From positions 119,352,001 through 119,416,000 of the forward strand of contig CM059432.1 in the NCBI GenBank assembly GCA_030390025.1: DNA of 64,000 bases, written 5' to 3'. Positions 60,166 to 64,000 of the stretch are shown here, one piece after another (within the stretch, counting starts at the first letter, position 1; each line of letters starts with the position of its first letter). The position numbers and the translations under genes were made by a program. This DNA comes from Squalus acanthias (lineage: Eukaryota). The notes beneath the pieces were generated by a model, which did not search any database, was not told the origin of the DNA, and saw only the letters and a list, made by a program, of their open reading frames with translations.

Positions 60166-61137
60166 ATGGAGTCAATGGAATGGAATCGAATTGATTTGAA
60201 GGGAATGGGGGATGCACAATGGGAGAGTTTTCCAGGGGCAGATGCAGCAGGAATTGGGGTTGGAGGAAGAAGTGAGGGATACAAGGAAATGACCAGAGGT
60301 GGCTTTTTCTGTGAAACTGCGATTCAGCCTGACAAATGAGTCTGTCGCAGGACAGATTAAATATTTGTGCAAAATAGAAAAATGCGTCTCAATCACAGAC
60401 AAGGTAAAGGCTCTTCGATTACAACATTGAAATTATTTTCCACCATAATTGCACATTCTCAACACTAGACTTGCCATTCACATAAAGACAAAAGAATATT
60501 TGTCCCTTTGCTCCTTGAATTGTTGTAGTTTGCACTCCTTGTTAGAAAATCAAGCATCGAAATTTTAACGCCTCATCCAGGATTTAATTTGATATTAATA
60601 TTAAATGATCGAACAAAACCAGAGGAATTTATATTTGATATCTAATATTCTCATTGTAGTGGAACATTCCAGTGATTATATAAACCCAATGTCATTACAA
60701 GTGGTTCAGGTTTGGAAAAAAAATAATGATTTACTATTTTTCACGAGATAATTATGTCACTTGCATTGTTGGGAAAGTTTAACCTATAACTTAAAAGCAA
60801 AACACTGCCAATTCTAGAAATCTGAAACAAAAACAGAAAGTGCTGCGAATACACAGCAGGTCAGTTGGTATCATTAAAAAGAAATGGCAGGCTAACATTT
60901 TGAGTGTAACCCTTCACCAGAACTGGACAATGCATTTATCTATAGCATATTTTTTGGATCACATTGCATTTTGTTGTGCATCAGTGGTCACCTACATTGT
61001 GAAGTGAGACATACCATGAGCACAAAGATTTAGGAATGTTTGTAGCAGTGGTATATCAAGGTTATGAGTAGCAGATGCCAATTGTCACTGTGTTACCCTT
61101 TTCATCGCTCATTTCTACTCATATTGCTTTTACCATA

Positions 61138-61300
61138 AATAAAAACAGAAAATGCTGAAAATACTCAGCAGGTCAGGCAGCATCTGTGGTGAGAGAAACA
61201 GAGTTAACGTTTCAGGTCGGTGACCTTTCGTCCGAACTGGAAAAGGTTAGAGATGTAACAGGTTTTAAGCAGGTGCAGGGAAGGGAAAGGGGGGAAGGGA
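61138..61300 (-). mobile_element. Penelope-like terminal repeat with mutated hammerhead motif (61202-61238)
   Basis: Minus strand AGUU-C(G)GACGA-A-AGGUC acc GACCU-GAAA-CG-UU-AACU. Homologous to 31973-32190 and to decayed copies near 35425 and 60795. Confidence 0.7.
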
Positions 61301-61456
61301 GGAAAGAATAAAAGAGAGAACCCATGAACCAATTAGTGGTTTCAGTCTGAAAGTCGCCTCTGATGATGTCATCATTGCAGGTCAGAGACTGCCTGGTCTC
61401 AGAGATTGCCTGGATTTTGCTGTGAGAGGACCTGGATGCAAAATGAGCAGCATCAC

Positions 61457-61482
61457 AGAGAGAGAGAGAGAGAGAGAGAGAG
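61457..61482. repeat. (AG)13 microsatellite
   Basis: Direct reading of the sequence. Confidence 0.95.
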
Positions 61483-63424
61483 AATTTTTTTTTGCAACCA
61501 AGTCCTCCCAGGCAGTCTCTGAAGACATTCAATGCAGCAGCATCAGAGGCGACTTTCAGACCTAATACTACTACTACCTTCATCACAATACTACTACTAC
61601 ATTCATCACATTTCCGTTGTAATAGTGGACCTGCAGCTGATAGTCAGCTATCCACTTGTGCTCCCGCCAGGTTTCACTGGCGTGTTTCACATCAGGCGTA
61701 CTTCACGTCGGAAAAGGGTTAAACTAGCTAAAACGTTTCAAAATGGCATTACAGAGCCAATTTAGGGCTTGTTAAGGGCTTTAATGGCCTCTCCCGCCTC
61801 TTGGAGGCGGGACGGAGTCGGGAACCCCGCGACCGATTTTGTCAAAATTGCGTGGAGGTGGAATGGAGTCGGGACCCCCGAATCTGCAACTTTAACCCCC
61901 CACACGCCTCCAAACCCGACTCCATGGGTCATTGAAAATCCAGCCCTAACTCTTTTTTTTTCTGTATTTCCTGTTCTATCTGACTTACCCAGGGTGAATT
62001 TGATGACGATGTTGAAAACTGGGTCCAATAGAGCGAGCCACATTTGTCACTGAACTGTGAGAATAGGCGGGCCCATAGTTTCCCCATATATTCTTCAACA
62101 TTTTCTCCTGCTATTTTTACCTGACCGAAATAAATCACTCGTCTCAAACCTTTTTTTTTCACCAAAGTTGAAAAAATAAAGGCATTGAATTTCTGCAGGT
62201 GTTCTCCCAATGGTCCGCCATAACTTCAACTGGCAATCAGTAGAAATCCCGGAGCTTTTCCGGAGTTTCCGCTGATCTTCCACCAGAGTTACGGCGGACG
62301 ATCTGGAGAACCCTGGTGGAAACTCAACACCGAAGTTGGCATAAAACAAGCAAAAGGATGGATTTATGGGGTAATTTTCTGACTTTGCACTACCGGTGGG
62401 GAGCCTCAGTCACCAGAAGTGCATATCAGAAATTCTCATACACGTTGTGCGCAATTTTCCAATGTGGCCTCCCAGTGGGTGAGGCTTCCTCCCGCAATGT
62501 GAAGTTGGGAAATGATCCTTATAATTTTCGCTCTAATGTTCTATGCTTGCAGTGTGGTACTTCATAAGCTATTGTAAAATAAAGAATTTGACTTGAAAGT
62601 GTTAATTTTGTTGTACATTTTATTGTTGTACACTTTCATATTGTGTGATCTAAAATGTGATCTTCATTTACAATACTTTTGAGGCTAAAGATTACTGTGT
62701 GTGATATTAGTGGGTAGAGGATGAACACTTTCATATGACATCATTTTATCTGGTATTTTAACAGACAATAATACTCCAGTAAAGCAAACAGTTTAACACA
62801 TCTATTGAAATAGCAGACAAAGAAATATATAAAGATTCATATGGTAATGTCATATACAGCAATTTCTAGGTTTTTTTCTTTTAAAGCACTCTAAAAGGAA
62901 TAGAAACAAAAACATGAATGTCTCTAATAGAAAAATATATTTTGCCTCTAAGGATGTTATCTCATGTTTCAGAAATGCACTTGCTCTAATTTGGTTAACA
63001 AATGTGCTGCTCTTATCTTCATTACAGAAATTCTCTGTTGTATTCCAAAAGTGTCAATTATGCCAGAGTTAAAGGAAAGAAATGACACTTTATAGACCAT
63101 CTGGAGAAACTTTAGGCAACTCTACAAATCTGTACTTTATAAATTGCATAGTGTTTCTCAAGCACTTTTATAGAAGAGTTCAAATTGAATTGTTTCTACA
63201 TTATTCATTTTAACTTAATGGAGACAGACAGTATAGTACTTCCTCCTTAATGCGTGTCAGCTATGCCTCAAAGGGGCATAAGGAAGAAAGCCAATTTTCA
63301 TTATTTAGCATGAAATTCTGTACAAATTTATCAAACCTCTTAGCAGTACAAACCATAGGTAGCCCATTCTTAATAAACTCAAAAGTACTTTGTTATGAAA
63401 GGTTATTTTTAAATGTTTTATGTG

Positions 63425-64000
63425 TTCTCAGGCAAGGCAGCATTTATTGCTCATCCGCAATCGACCTGAGAAGATGGTGGCAGACGTTCTCATTGAACCA
63501 CAGCAGTCGTTGTGGAGGTGGTGCTCTCACGATGGTGTCAGTTAGAGAGCTCTAGGATATTGACCCAATGACAGCATAGGAATGCTGATATATCTCCAAG
63601 TAAGGATGATGTGTGACTGGGAGGAGAACTTAAAGTTGATGGTATTCCCAGGACATTGCTGCCCTTGTCCTTCTAGATGGTAAGCGGAGTGAGGTGCAGT
63701 TGAAGAAACCTTGGTGAGTGAATCCTGTAGATAGTAAATATTGCAGCCACAGTGCATCGGTGGTGAAGGAGAATGCTGATCTAGTAACCTGCTCTATCCT
63801 AGATGGCGTTGAGCTTCCTGAGTGTTGTTACGGCTGAAGCCATTCAGCCTAGTGATGAATATTCCACTACACGCCTGACTTGAGCCTTGAAGATAGTGGA
63901 GTGGCTTTGAGGGGCCAGGAGGTGAGCTGTTTGTCATGGAGTACGCAGCCTCTGTCCTGCGCTTGTAGCCATGGTGTTGACATGACTGGTCCACTATTCT
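63425..64000 (-). mobile_element. RTE-X-like LINE 3' end, degraded; continues beyond window
   Basis: Minus frame STIFKAQVRRVVEYSSLG*MASAVTTLRKLNAI; 3' tail GGATGAGCAATAAATGCTGCCTTGCC. Confidence 0.6.

Overview
Eukaryotic, repeat-dominated DNA. The repeat content (CR1 with (TATGTTCT)n tails, Deu-domain SINEs, Penelope-like elements, Harbinger elements) is most consistent with a cartilaginous fish, but this is inferred from family resemblance, not a search. The left half (1-31,972) is a G-rich 13-bp satellite, consensus RCAGGTGCAAGGG. It is punctuated by 16 co-oriented copies of a conserved ~130-bp unique-sequence island at irregular 0.8-3.3 kb spacing. The island appears to be the array's own right flank, captured through an ACAG microhomology and then amplified. 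Three islands carry the same Harbinger MITE insertion (two full, one stub), and a ~2.2-kb LTR-retroelement-like fragment with a decayed gag-like ORF also sits in the array. The very many long ORFs over the satellite are artefacts of a stop-free 13-mer. The right half (31,973-64,000) is a transposon graveyard: three decayed Harbinger transposase loci, several MITEs, CR1 fragments and one near-intact CR1 ORF2, Penelope-like pieces with hammerhead-ribozyme motifs and fold-backs, SINEs, and L2 and RTE-X ends. One candidate host exon (57,319-57,516, weakly dynein-heavy-chain-like) is present. No complete host gene, rRNA, tRNA gene or CRISPR was found. All counts and alignments were made by eye.
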